Shown here: in pieces, positions 1-12,046 of the stretch
Layout: each line of letters begins with the position of its first letter
Numbering within the stretch: the stretch's first letter is position 1
NCBI RefSeq assembly: GCF_018350175.1
Contig: NC_058369.1
Coordinates: 2,668,001-2,732,000 of the forward strand
Direction: 5' to 3'
DNA length: 64,000 nt
Origin: Felis catus
Lineage: Eukaryota
The notes under the pieces: model-generated
What the model was told of the DNA's origin: nothing
What the model saw: the letters and a program-made list of their open reading frames with translations, nothing else
Databases searched by the model: none
Program-made: the position numbers and the translations under genes

Positions 1-40
1 TCGGACGCTAACCCCGGGCGCCCCTGACTTTGAAATTTTT

Positions 41-234
41 CATTTTGTTAATGTTTTTATTTATTTTTGAGACAGAGAGAGACAGAGCATGAGCAGGAGA
101 GAGAGAGGAAGACACAGAGTCCAGGCTCGGAGCTGTCAGCACAGAGCCCGACGCGGGGCTCGAACTCACAGACCGCGAGATCATGACCTGAGCTGAAGTC
201 GGACGCTTAACCCACTGAGTCCCCCAGGCGCCCC
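41..234 (-). mobile_element. CAN-SINE (SINEC_Fc-like)
   Basis: tRNA-derived head, CT-rich body, A-tail; TSD tgactttgaaattttt at 25-40 and 235-250. Confidence 0.9.
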
Positions 235-344
235 TGACTTTGAAATTTTTAAATGCTGGGAATAGTAGTCCGCCTTTTCCCTGCCATCCATTGTTCCGGT
301 GATTTGTTATGAAAACTTGCAAATGTATCGAAAAGTTTAGGTTA

Positions 345-985
345 GGGGTGTCTGGGTGGCTCAGTGCGTTAAGTGGCCAACTCTTGATTTTGGCTCAGGT
401 CATGATCTCACGGTTCGGGAGACTGAGCCTCAAGTCAGGCTCTGCCCTGGCAGCACAGAGCCTGCTTGGGATTCTCTCTCTGTCTCTCTACCCCTCCCCC
501 ACTTGTGCTATTTCTCAAAAAAATAATAATAATAATAATAAATAAATAAACACCTTTTTCAAAAAAGAAAAGTTTAAAGAATTGTACAGCTAACTGTCAT
601 ATGCCCACCATCCACTTTCCCCAGTTAACCTACGGCTGTATCTGCTCTATTATATAGCTAACCACACACACACACACGCACGCACACAAGCACACACACA
701 CAATTATACATATCAAAATAAATTGCACACCTCACATCCATTAGAACAGCTACTATCAAAAAGTACAGGGGCGCCTGGGTGGCTCAGTTGGCTAAGCATC
801 TGACTTCGGCTCAGGTCATGATCTCACAATTCATGGGTTCGAGCCCCGGGTCGGGCTCTGTGCTGACAGCTCGGAGCCTGGAGCCTGCTTCGGATTCTGG
901 GTCTCTCTCTCTCTCTCTCTCTCTGCCCCTCCCCTGCTTGCGCTCTGTGTGTGTCTCTCTCTGTCTCTCAAAAGATGAATAAACC
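345..985 (+). mobile_element. Two CAN-SINEs (~345-575, ~767-985) with a (CA)n tract between them
   Basis: ggggcgcctgggtggctcag-type heads, (CT)n, AATAAA/A tails; (CA)n at ~663-702. Confidence 0.88.
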
Positions 986-999
986 TTTTTTTTTTAAAG

Positions 1000-1500
1000 G
1001 CACAGATGTGGCAAAATTGGAACCCCCGGGCCAGGATGGCCAGGATGTAGAATGGTGCGGCCACCGTGGAAAACAGTTCAGCAGTGCCTCAAAAAGTTAA
1101 ACGTAGTCTTCCCATGGGATCCATCAACAGATGAAGACATAAACAAACTGTGGTCCATCCACACCATATGCAACAGTATTCAGCCCTAAGAAGGAAGGAT
1201 ATCTTGGCACCTGCCGCAACCTGGATGGACCTTGAGGACACTGTGCTCAGTGAAATAAGCCCGACACAAAAGGACACATCCGGCATGATCCCACGCGCTG
1301 GAGGTCCCTAGGCGAATAACATCCGAAGAGACAAAAAATACAATCGAGGTTACCAGGGCCTGAGGCTCCTGGGAATAATTCTCCTGTGAACACGGGTATA
1401 CAATTACCTGTTTGGGTGTATGTCTTAGATATACATCTAAGAGCAGAATTGCTGGGCCGTATGGTATGTTTAACTTTTTGAGGAATACTATCCTGTTTGG
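1000..1500. mobile_element. Old L1 (L1M-type) 3' fragments
   Basis: L1-like text such as atggtgcggccaccgtggaaaacag and tggatggaccttgaggacactgtgctcagtgaaataagc; a short opposite-strand piece at ~1390-1500. Confidence 0.7.
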
Positions 1501-2329
1501 ACATAACTGCTTAAAAGCTTGCTTTGTCTTGTGTGGACAGCATCCTGGTGACAGCCAGGGGTAGTCTGGACTCTCACGGGGGCAGTAAGATGAGGAAAAG
1601 GTGACGGGATTCCGACCCTATTTCAGACCCTGGATGGATAGGTTGGGAAGGTAAGAATGGCATCCAGGTACTGGTGAGAAACCTTGCACTTATCCTGCAG
1701 AGCGCTCTTGCTCCGAAACTCCATATCCAATCCTTCCTCAAATCCTGTTTGCCCTACCTCCAAAATTAATTCAGGGGAGCCTGGTTGGCTCAGCGAGTGT
1801 CGTGCGCCACTCTTGATCTCGGGGGGGGGTATGAGTTCAAGCCCCACGTGTGGGTGTAGAAATTACTTAAAATCTCTAAAAAAAAAAAATCATAATAAAA
1901 ATAAACAAAATTAATCCAGAATCTGAGTACTTCTGGTCTCTTTGCTTCCACCCTCCTAATATCGATTTTCTGCCTACCAGTCCAAAAAAAGCCTGTTCAG
2001 AATGTCCCTGATTAGAACACATCTGTGGCTTCTCATTTGTCAGAGTGAAGCCAAGTCCTTCTTCTGTCTGGGCGGCTCTATCCCCAAACATCCCCACGGC
2101 TCCTTCCCGCACTCATATAAGTCATCACCTCAGTCTGTGGCCACGCGCCCTAAGACTTCACAGCCCACACATACACCTTGTTTGAATACTTTGTTCCCCT
2201 TAACACGCGTCGCGATCTAACATGTATTTTATTTATTTACTGTCTGTCTCCCTCAGACAAGCAGGCTGGGAGGTTTACGAGGTTATGGATTGCAGGCTGT
2301 CTTGTCCTCCGCCTCCATTAGCTATTTGT

Positions 2330-3260
2330 TACGCGAGCGATGAACAACTTGACCGCGTGGGGGAAAAGGACGCGAACCCTCCCCTCCCGAGCTCGCGTCC
2401 AGCCCCCTGAAGCCACTGGCCCCGCCCCCAGGACTTGGCCACGCCCCAGGAGCGCCGCGCATGTTCCGTTGCTAGCAGGCCCCGGGCTCCGGCCCGAATC
2501 GGCACAAACCATTTCCACTGACCGAAGCGGGTGGGGAGGCCGGAGAGAATCTCTTCCGGGGAAAGAATGAAGGTGGCCCTTGCCCTTCCCTGAGGGATGT
2601 CCGTAGACTCCATCCGGTGTTTAAGTGTGAGCTGTGGCCCAGGCGCCGACTCGTGCTTCCAGACCTCTCTCCCGCCGCGGAGACTTTGACTGGAACTCCC
2701 CCCGAGGGCTGTGTTGGTGCCGTCCGGGCCGGTCACGTGGGCGAGAAGATGGCGGCTCCCGGAGCGCGCTGCGAGCGTCGCGGTTGGTGAGACGCGGGCG
2801 GCGGCGGAGGGAGCGGGCGGGCTCGGCGTTCCTTGTCTCCCGGAAGATCGCTCGGGCGTTCTGGCAGCAGAGAGCGCGGTACGTGGCCGCGGCCTGGCGG
2901 GCGGGCAGGGGGAGGACGCCGCGGGAGGGGGTCCAGTCTCTGGGATTCGTTGCTTGGGGGGCGGGGAGGGGGAGTCGAGGGGCCTCCTCCTGAGGGGTTT
3001 AGAGTCCGGGCGAACTCTTTCCCCGGGTTGCGGGGTCCTTGTCGCCGGAGATCCCTTCGTTGGGGGGAGCCAGGGAGCCGGAGCGTGCTCGGGGTTCCCA
3101 TATCGGGCGACCCCTTTCTCGAGATTTCTGGGCGATCCAGCGGCGTGAGGGATCCAGTACTTGGGGACCCGCGTAGACAGATCTTGAAGCATCCAGTTCC
3201 TCGGGTTCTCTTCCAGGGGGAGGGAACCTGCGAGCAGCCCCGAGGGAATCCCTTCCTGGA
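2330..3260 (+). promoter_or_regulatory. DOHH: DOHH CpG-island promoter and putative non-coding exon 1 (ends ~2786)
   Basis: CpG-dense. ETS-like CTTCCGG ~2553, E-box GTCACGTG 2732-2739, YY1/TISU motif GAAGATGGCGGC 2745-2756, donor TTG|gtgaga at 2786/2787. Acceptor ttttctgcacgtag at 6324. Confidence 0.8.
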
Positions 3261-4901
3261 GGAGCGTTGATTAGCCGGTATCTTTTTGTTGGGAATTCTT
3301 GGTTTAGGTAGGTCGGGGGTGGGGGGGCGGAGGGTTGAGGATCCTCGTCTCCTCTCTCTCCATCCCTTACTAATCCATCGTGTCTTCTTCTAAGAGGCTT
3401 TCACGGGGGCGAGCGGATTCCCGGATTCCGCCTTGGTTGGGGGCTGATCCCCTCAACCCCGCGCCCACACCCTTGCCCCCGCTTCCCACTGAAAAATGGG
3501 CCGAAAGTATGATTTGCGGGCTTCCAGGTGGTTTGGGGCACCCTCCTGGGTACAAAAGTGGGTTTGGGGCTCCCTGCAGGAATATTTAACAGTAGCTCTG
3601 GTTTGTCCAAGGGCCTATTAAGTGCCGGCAATTGTAGGAGGTGCTCTACGAGCATCGCTCCATTGGGTCCATGTGCCCCTTCTACCCATCTTACGAATGA
3701 TACAGATTTACGCCGGGCATGAAGTGCCTAGTACGATGCCTGGTGCGCAGGAGACGTTCGGTTCATTCAACAAGTAAGGATTGGGCACCTCCTGCCATGG
3801 TGACCGATCCCGTGCTAGGCCTTGGGGACATAGCAGTGAACAGAACGGTATACATACCTGGGTCCGTCCGCGTGTGCGTGTGGTACAGATTTATCTTTCT
3901 TTATATATAAAGTCCCGTCTCTGTGGCGCCCACTTTCTAGTAAGAAACAGATGAGTGAAATGTACTGGACGCCAGGTGCTGTTAGAGGCCGCGGGGAACA
4001 GAAGTGCAGGGCGGTGGAGGGTTTGCGTTGTTAAAGCTGGGTGCTCAGAGGATTCCTGCGTGTACTTTAATATCTGAACAGAGACTGGAAGGAAGCCCGG
4101 CTCGTGAGCTGCTAACGGTTTTATTCCAAACGAGGAAGCCGAGCCCAGAGACTTTTGCCCCAGTTCAGGTCTTGCCCTGTTTTGTCTCCACGTTCCTCTC
4201 CCGTAGCTGGAGCTGCCTTGTTGGCCACATCTCCCCTCATTCCCAGGCATCTGAGGACGCTGGGGATGATGAGTAGGCCATGAAGCGCCCTCTCCAGGTG
4301 TCTTGAGGGCGACCCCGCACGGACTGGGAGGCAGGAGTCCTGGGTCCTGTTTGGTGACCCCAGACAAGTCGCTGCTCGTCTGTGTAGAAGAGAGATCTCA
4401 CGGCCCCTAAGGCCTTGCCAGCTCCCTGGCTCCTGGTTTCTGTGGTCTCTGGTGGTCCTTATTTCAAGGTGTCCCCTCCTTCGATGGTCATCCACACTCA
4501 GGCAGCCACACCTCCCTCATGAAGCCGGGTCAGCCCTGCCGACGCTGCGGGGAACCGGAACCGGAAGGCCACGCAGCACGCCAAGGCTTGCTTTACGAAG
4601 CGTCTGCCAGGACTTGGTTGATCTGGACGGTGGAGAGGGAGCCCCTCCTCCCCGCCCAGCCCAGCCGCGTCATTTCATCTTAGTCCATCTATTCGGCATA
4701 ACAATTGTGGTTTAGAACTTGACTCTGGAGCCCAGCTACCTGGATGTATAACTCCTTACGCGGTTCGTAAGCAAGTTATTAACCTCTCGGCTTCTGCCCT
4801 CTCGCCCGTAAAAGGGTGACAGTCCTAGTGCCTGTCTCATAGTTTTATGGGGAGAATCACAGGAGCTCACGAATGCAGGGGGCTTAGAAGAGGTGCCTGC
4901 C

Positions 4902-5127
4902 GGGGCGCCTGGGTGGCTCAGTCGGTTGAGCATCCGACTTCGGCTCAGGTCACGATCTCGCGGTCCGTGAGTTCGAGCCCCGCGTCGGGCTCTGGGCTGA
5001 CGGCTCAGAGCCTGGAGCCCGTTTCAGATTCTGTGTCTCCCTCTCTCTCTGCCCCTCCCCCGTTCATGCTCTGTCTCTCTCTGTCTCAAATAAATGTTAA
5101 AAAAAAAAAAATTAAAAGAGAAAAAAA
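4902..5127 (+). mobile_element. Young full-length CAN-SINE in DOHH intron 1
   Basis: Perfect 16-bp TSD agaagaggtgcctgcc (4886-4901, 5128-5143). Confidence 0.93.
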
Positions 5128-6389
5128 AGAAGAGGTGCCTGCCACAGAGCAGATGCTCTGTGCACGCCAGCCGCTGTTACGGGGAAGGCTGTTGGTTTCA
5201 TTGACGGCCTACTGTGTGCTGGGGGGTTTAGTGGTGACCAAGATAGACTCGGTCCCTGCCTTCAGAGTTCTGTGACGGGTAAGACCAGCCATAGCAGCTA
5301 AACTGGTAAACGTCTTACGCGATGTCTAGTAGCGGTAAGTGCTTTGAAGAAACGTGAAACAAGGGAAAGGAACAACAGTGAAGACTGTGACCCGGGAAGG
5401 CTTCCCTGAGGAGGTGACATTTGAGACCCACGAAGTGAGAGCATGAGCATGGGAGGCATCTGGGGACGAGTGTTCCTGGGGAAGAGAACAGGTCCGTGCC
5501 AAGGTCCTGGGGCAGGACTGGGCCTGGCCTGTTGGAGGAACAGCCAGGAGGCCTCTGTGGCTGGAGCAGAGTGAGCGAGGGGGTGGAGGGGGAGAGGAGG
5601 GAGGGCTGGCAGGGGTCGAGGTAGGTCATGCAAGGCCTTGGGGACCGTCAGGGGGCTTGGAATCATAAGGTGCCACAGGAGGGGGATACAGGACAGTGAC
5701 CTGGTGCAGTTTCCACACCCCGTACTCAGCAGCAGACTCACACCGTTGCCCGGGGCCAGGCATCTGGGCCTGGTGGCTTCTGGGGCCGCCTCGGCTGCAG
5801 GAGCTGCTCCCGGCCTCCTGCTCTCACGTGACAATCGGCCAGAGGCCTCGGTCCCTCGCCCCGCGAGCCCCTACGTGGGGCTGACGGAGCCTCTCCATGG
5901 CTGGCTTCCCCCAGCGCGGGCAAGGAGGACGCCGCAGTGTCTCTCATGACCTGCCCTCAGGGGGTCCCTGTCGTCCCTTCCGTGTCCCGTTGTTCAGCCC
6001 TTCCGGTGCGAGAGGGGCCGCACGGAGTGGGGATCGCCGGGGGCCGTGTTGGCCGCCCACCACCGTGGTCCCTCCGGCTACGGCGTGGAGCGCAGACCGG
6101 CAGAAGTCCTTGCCGGTACGGAGGCGAGAGGCCCAGAGAGGGAAAGTGACTTACGGAAGGGCCGCCCAGCAAGTAGACAGGGCCGGACCCTGGCTTTCAA
6201 CCCAGACGTCCAGGCTGGTCGGCTGGTGGGAATCCACCCCACCCGGGCCCTAACTCTTAAGTGAACAAGTTCACGGATGGGCGGAAGACGCCTCTCACCT
6301 GGGCCCTCGGTTTTCTGCACGTAGGTTCTTGTGCCCCACGGTCCCCAGCTTCGGCCCCCGGCGGGGCTGCGGAGGAAGGCGGCGGCGCC

Positions 6390-6663
6390 ATGGTGACCGA
6401 GCAGGAGGTGGAGGCGGTGGGGCGCACGCTGGTGGACCCCCAGCAGCCCTTGCAGGCCCGCTTCAGGGCGCTCTTCACCCTTCGCGGGCTCGGCGGCCCG
6501 GGCGCCATCACCTGGATCAGCCAGGCCTTCGGCGACGACTCCGCCCTGCTCAAGCACGAGCTGGCCTACTGCCTGGGCCAGATGCAGGACTCCCGGGCCA
6601 TCCCCGTGCTCCTGGACGTGCTGCGTGACACCCGCCAGGAGCCCATGGTGCGCCACGAGGCCG
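6390..6663 (+). CDS. DOHH: DOHH coding exon 1 (exon begins at 6325 in the 5'UTR)
   Basis: gccATGg Kozak; MVTEQ...MVRHEA; donor G|gtgagt. Confidence 0.96.
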
Positions 6664-9600
6664 GTGAGTGGCCAGGGCAAGGGCGCCTGGCCTTCACCCG
6701 CCTGCTGTTTCCCTTCTGCCTCGGTGTCCCCCCAGCTGCCCCCCGTGTGATCTAGCGGAACTCTGAAGGGTGGGTAAAGTCTCCAGCCCACCCCCACCCC
6801 CACCCCCACCCTGGGCCGGACAGACTCCGTCACCGGACTCAACTGTGCCACGGTGCGTAAAGCTGCCATAAACTAGCATCCCCGGAGGGTCGTGGCCACG
6901 TGCAGGTGGACCCTGATGGACGCTCATGTTTGAAGTTCGCGTCGTTTTCACGTGGGGAAATGTCGTCCTCTTGATTTGCAGTTTGTTTATTTTGAGAGAG
7001 AGAGAGAGAGCGCGAGCAGGGGCGGGGCAGAGAGAGAGGGAGAATCCCAAGCAGGCTCCACACTCGGCACAGAGCCCGACACTGGGCTGGATCCCACAAA
7101 CTGTGAAAACCTGACCTGAGTCGACGTCTGGAGCTGGAGGCTTAACCTAAGCCTGAGCCACCCCGGTGTCCCTCGTCCCTTTGATTTTAAAGAAAGCGAT
7201 TTTGGGCGCCTGGGTGGCTCAGGCGGTTAAGCATCAGACTTCAGCTCAGGTCGCGATCTCACAGTTCGTGACTTCGAGCCCCGCGTCGGGCTGTCTGCTC
7301 TCTGTGTAGAGCCCACTTCAGATCCTCTGTCTCCCTCTCTCCCTGCCCCTCCCCTGCTTGCACGTGCGTGCTCCCTCTCTCAAAAATAAATAAAAACGTT
7401 TAACAAAAAAAAATTTTTTTTTTTTGAGAAAGACATTTAAAAACATAAAAACCATTCTCTGCTGATACAAAACCAGGTGGTGAGCTCGCCAGCCTGTGAT
7501 GTCTGTTTCACGTGTTCGTTTTATTCCCTGGGCCAGTGTTTATTGAGCACCTGCTATGTACCAGGCCCTCTTAACCTCCAGGGCAGCAGGAAACAGGAGG
7601 AACGAATAAAATCCTCGGCAAGACTGTGCTGCTGAGGCCTTGCCTCTGTAACCAGCGAGCTCATTTGTGGATGGGCACAGGGCAGCTGTTTCCATTTTAT
7701 TCTTTTAGGTATTTTTAGTGTTCCCCAAAGTGGTCTCTACTTATGCTGAGCTGTCCCCATCCCCACGCTGCCCCTGGTGACGCTCGATGTGCCAGTCGCT
7801 ATTTCGGTTGGAGCTCTCCTTAACCAAGAGTGCTCTACTCCAAACCTCACCTTTCCCATAAGTCCCGCTATTTTCAGTGTATGGGAGTGCGGGACACCTC
7901 GTCGTGTTATGGAAGTGCTAAGGAGGCGATGACGCAGGGAGGAGGATGGGGGTGCCAGGGGTGTTGCCGTTTTTAATCAGTGGACAGAGATCTGAGTGAA
8001 GGAAGGCAGTTATCTGGAGAAAAGTGCTTCAGGCACAGGATACAGCCCGAGCAAAGGTCCTGGGGCAGTACCCAGCCTGTTCCTTGGGAGAGTGGCACGG
8101 AGGTCCCTGTGGCCGGAGCAGAGTGAGCAAGAGGGAGGACAGGGGAGGACAGGAAGGGGACAGGGCAGGTTGTGCGGGGCCTTGGGGGCCAAAGGGAGGA
8201 CTTTAGGTTTTTGCCCTGAAGGAGGTGGGGGCCCCGAAGGGCTGCGGGCAGAGGAGGATGCCCTGACTTGGATTCAGGTCCATTGGGGTGTTCTCGATGG
8301 GGGGCAGCATCACACTCTACCAGCCTGCCAAGCGGAGGAGGAGTTGAGTGGGAGCGAGTGTTTGCTGGCCTTGGGTCTCTTCCCACTCAGGGCTTGTGCA
8401 GACCCACGGAGACGGTCAGCCTCCTCCAGCCCTGCCTGGGTCCGCTGGCCTTCCTCCCTCACTTCGCCGCCTAGATCCCCCTCCTCCAGGCTCACCCCCA
8501 CGAACTCTCCTCGCCCGAGTGTCCTTGGAGCTCCATGTTACCCAGTGTCCCCAGGCTGTAATGTCATGCTCACCTGTGTCTCCCCATCTAGAGCATGGAG
8601 GGGGGGGCCAGGGGGAGGTGCACTGGCCTGGGATCGGGAGAGGTCTCAGCCCAGCTCCAGCCAAGTCCAAATTCAGGGGAAGGGATGCCGACTGAGACCA
8701 CTTGGGGGCCGTGCCCGCTCCGCTCCAGTCCACGGGGCCAGGGTGGGTCACAAGATACATACAGAGCTGTAGGGAGGACGGAGCACAAAGGAGGTGGTGT
8801 CGCTGGTGTCGTCCCCCCCCCGCATCTGGGGCCTTTCCTACTTTCCTGCCCAACAGTGAACGGTGTCCATGGTTCTTCTTCTCAGGGGAGGCCCTGGGGG
8901 CCATCGGGAACCCGGAAGTTCTGGAGGTCCTGAAACAGTACTCCACCGACCCCGTCATCGAGGTAACTAACGCCTGACCCCTCCTGCTCCCGCTCCTGCC
9001 TAGACCAGCCTCACCAGGGTTTGCCTGCCAGGGCGACCTCTTGGCCGGGACAAGATCAGAGGGCGGCGGCCAGGGTGGCTGCGGGCTCCTGATTCCCCCC
9101 TGCCCGGCTGACGCGCTGCGCCTTTCCTGCCCCTCCAGTCCCTCCACCAGGACCCCTCCGAGCCCACCCACTTCTGTCCGCCCCACGGTCTGTCCCCCGC
9201 TGCCTGCCTTTCTTCCTCCTTCAGGGAGCGACCTTACTGAGATGTTAACACCATAAAATTCACCTTCTGAAAGTGTGCACTTCAGTGGTTTTTAGAACAT
9301 CCACAGAGGTGTGCAACCATCATCTCTCATTCCAGAACATTCCCTCACCCCAAAAGGAGCCCTGCCCCATCAATAGTCACTCCCCTGCCCCCCAACCCTT
9401 GTCAGTGTCTCATCTACTTCCTGTGTCCATGGATGAGCCTGTTCTGGACGTTCATCTGTGGACGTGCGCGTGCGCGGTGGGCCACGTTTTGTTCATCTGC
9501 TGAGGGACGTTTGGGCCGTTCTTGCTTTTTGGCTGCATGAGCCGTGTTGCCACGGACACGCGTGTGCAGGTTTCTGTGTGGCCGTGTGTGTTCCTCACTT

Positions 9601-11650
9601 GGTGCTTCTGTTGTCTGCTTCCCGTACCTCTCCCTCAGTGTCCTCTGGGTACCACGGGGTGAAAGGACCTATTTCGGGCCAGAAGCACTCACGTGTTCCG
9701 ATGACCTTTAGGACAGAATCCCAAGCACCTGCTGCAGCTCGCGGGCCTTGACAAGTCCGGCCTGACCACCTGGGGGCGCACCTCTGCCCACCCAGCCTGC
9801 TTGCTCTTCCCTGACGTGTCCCACAGGGTCCTGCCTCAGGGCCTTTGCACTGGCCATTCCACCCACCTCACTCTTTCACTCGGTTCTGGCCTCAGCTCCA
9901 CTCTGATGCCACCTCCTCATTGAGTCTCCTGGCCTTCTGTCCTCCTCGTCACTCCCTGATCGCATAAAGCCCGTGCTGGCCTATGTCCAATCTAGAACGA
10001 TCAGTTAACTCCTGCGTCTGTTGCCTCCGGCTTCTGTTAAATCTGGAGCCCCTGAGGTTGGGGAAGGGGCACCTTCACGTCCACTGTCGTGTCCTCAGTG
10101 GCCACCTGTGCACCCCTGTCCCCCCCGCAGGTGGCCGAGACGTGCCAACTGGCTGTCAGGCGGCTGGAGTGGCTGCAGCAGCACAGCGGGGAGCCTGCGG
10201 TGGCAGGGCCCTACCTCTCGGTGGACCCGGCCCCTCCCGCTGAGGAGCGCGACGTGGGGCGGCTGCGGGAGGTGCTGCTGGACGAAGGCCAGCCACTCTT
10301 CGACCGGTACCGCGCCATGTTCGCCCTGCGCGACACCGGCGGCGAGGAGGCTGCCCTTGCGCTGGCGGAGGGTGAGTCGGGGCCCGGGGAGGGGGGTGGG
10401 GGTCATGGTCAGTGCCCCTCAGTCAGGCTCAGCGGCTGCAGCTATGACACGGAGCCAGCGTGACCCAGGGAATGTGCATCCCGGCCCCGGCCCCCGGCGC
10501 TTCCCCACGCGAGAACTCATCCTCCGTGGTGGGCGGGCACCCCGACTTCCGGTTCTCCGAGGGAGAAGCCGCGGCCGAGAAAGGCCGAGGTGGTTGCCCG
10601 AGGAGACGGCGACTGGCGAGCGGCAGAGTCGCGATCCGATCCGCGGCGGTGTGGCTCCAGGACCCTGAACCCCTTTCTCTCTCCCCTCCCGGCTCTGCAG
10701 GCCTCTCCCCGGGCGGTCCCTGGTCCCCCGTGGCCCGATGCCCGGGACGTGCCCCCCTGAGGATTTAGAGCCCTCGCAGCCCTCCCATGACTTCCTGTCT
10801 GGCAAGGAGACGCCTGGTCATCGCTGTGACCCTGCGTCAGGGGCGGGAGACCCGGCGATGCCGGGCGGGAGCCCAGAGCGGCTGGTGCTTGAGAACGGGG
10901 GCCGCAAAGTCAGGCAGGTGGCCTTGGGCCCTGGCTCGGCCTCGAGGGCGTCTGGTCTTGGGCAGTCACCACCCGTCCCCTGGCTGTGGTTTCCCCATCA
11001 GTGTGAAGCATGATGGAGTCAATGGGCCGGGACCCTGGGCCCGGGGAAGCCCCCTCCTGCCCGGTCCGCCTGCCTCCTGCCGGAGGAAGCCCGCAGGGAG
11101 CCCACCGCCAGGCTGTGCCCTCCGGCCGCTCCTGCCCCCGTGGCCCCACGTCCCTCCCCCTGAGCAGCACTGACCACCTCGAGACGGGGAACCCCCTTTC
11201 CCGGTCCTCTCTGCCCTCGGGTGCTCAGCCCTGGGTCCCGCAGTGCAGGCCTGCGGGCGGGCGGGGGCGTGGTCACTGGCCTGCCGCGATGGCACCGCCC
11301 AGCCAGTGACCACGCCCCTCCCGCCCGCAGGCCTGCGCTGTGGCGGCGCCCTCTTCCGCCACGAGATCGGCTACGTCCTGGGCCAGCTGCAGCACGAGGC
11401 GGCCGTGCCCCAGCTGGCGGCGACCCTGGCCCGGCCAACCGAGAGCCCCATGGTGCGGCACGAGTGCGCGGAGGCCCTGGGAGCCATCGCCCGGCCCGCC
11501 TGCCTGGCCGCCCTGCGGGCCCACGCGGCCGACCCCGAGCGCGTGGTGCGGGAGAGCTGCGAGGTGGCCCTGGACATGTACGACTACGAGACGGGGCCGG
11601 CCTTCCAGTACGCGGACGGGCTGGAGCAGCTGCGCACGGCGCCCGCCTAG
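6390..11650 (+). CDS. DOHH: Deoxyhypusine hydroxylase (spliced CDS, 4 coding exons, 303 aa)
   Basis: Exons 6390-6663, 8886-8962, 10131-10371, 11331-11650 (274+77+241+320=912 nt), all GT-AG, frame continuous. Protein [17 protein letters not shown]... has HEAT-like repeats and four His-Glu iron-binding motifs (LLKHE, MVRHE, LFRHE, MVRHE). Confidence 0.97.
6978..7420. mobile_element. Head-to-head CAN-SINE pair in DOHH intron 2 (- ~6978-7172; + ~7204-7420)
   Basis: Two SINE bodies in opposite orientation about 30 bp apart. Confidence 0.88.
8886..8962 (+). CDS. DOHH: DOHH coding exon 2
   Basis: ttcttctcag| [26 protein letters not shown] |gtaact. Confidence 0.96.
9220..9600 (-). mobile_element. 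L1MB-like 3' end fragment
   Basis: ataaaattcaccttctgaaagtgtgcacttcagtggtttttagaacatccacagag...ccagaacattccctcacccc is typical L1 3'UTR text. Confidence 0.65.
10131..10371 (+). CDS. DOHH: DOHH coding exon 3
   Basis: ccccgcag| [15 protein letters not shown]...AALALAE G|gtgagt. Confidence 0.96.
11331..11650 (+). CDS. DOHH: DOHH coding exon 4 (last)
   Basis: cccgcag| [19 protein letters not shown]...[11 protein letters not shown]. Confidence 0.96.
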
Positions 11651-12040
11651 AGCCGCCGGCCCGCAGCCTCCCTCCCCTGCGGGGCCCTGGGACTCCACCC
11701 CGCGGCTGCGTATAAGCCGAGCTCGTGTGGGTGGGATCTGGCTCCCCGTCCCCCTGGGGCCAGGCTGAGGCGTCCTGTGTCCCCCACTCGCGCGGGGCGG
11801 CGGCACCCAGATTTCCGGTCGGGGTGGGATGTCGCGTGGAGCCGGCATCTGAGGGTGCCGGCCGGGGCTGTGGGGTTGCCTTGGCCCAGCTTCTCGAGGA
11901 ACCGGGGGTGCCGGAAAAGGCGCTGTGGGCAGACCCAGCCGCCTTGGGCCTGGGCCGGGGCCCCTGACTCCCCAGCCTGGGACTAGGCAGGGAGGGGAGG
12001 GACGAGCCCCCCCCCCCCCCCCCCAGGGTCCAAATGCACT

Positions 12041-12046
12041 ATTAAA
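12041..12046 (+). terminator. Probable DOHH polyadenylation signal ATTAAA
   Basis: First poly(A) hexamer downstream of the stop codon (~390 nt), in an AT-rich patch. Confidence 0.6.
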
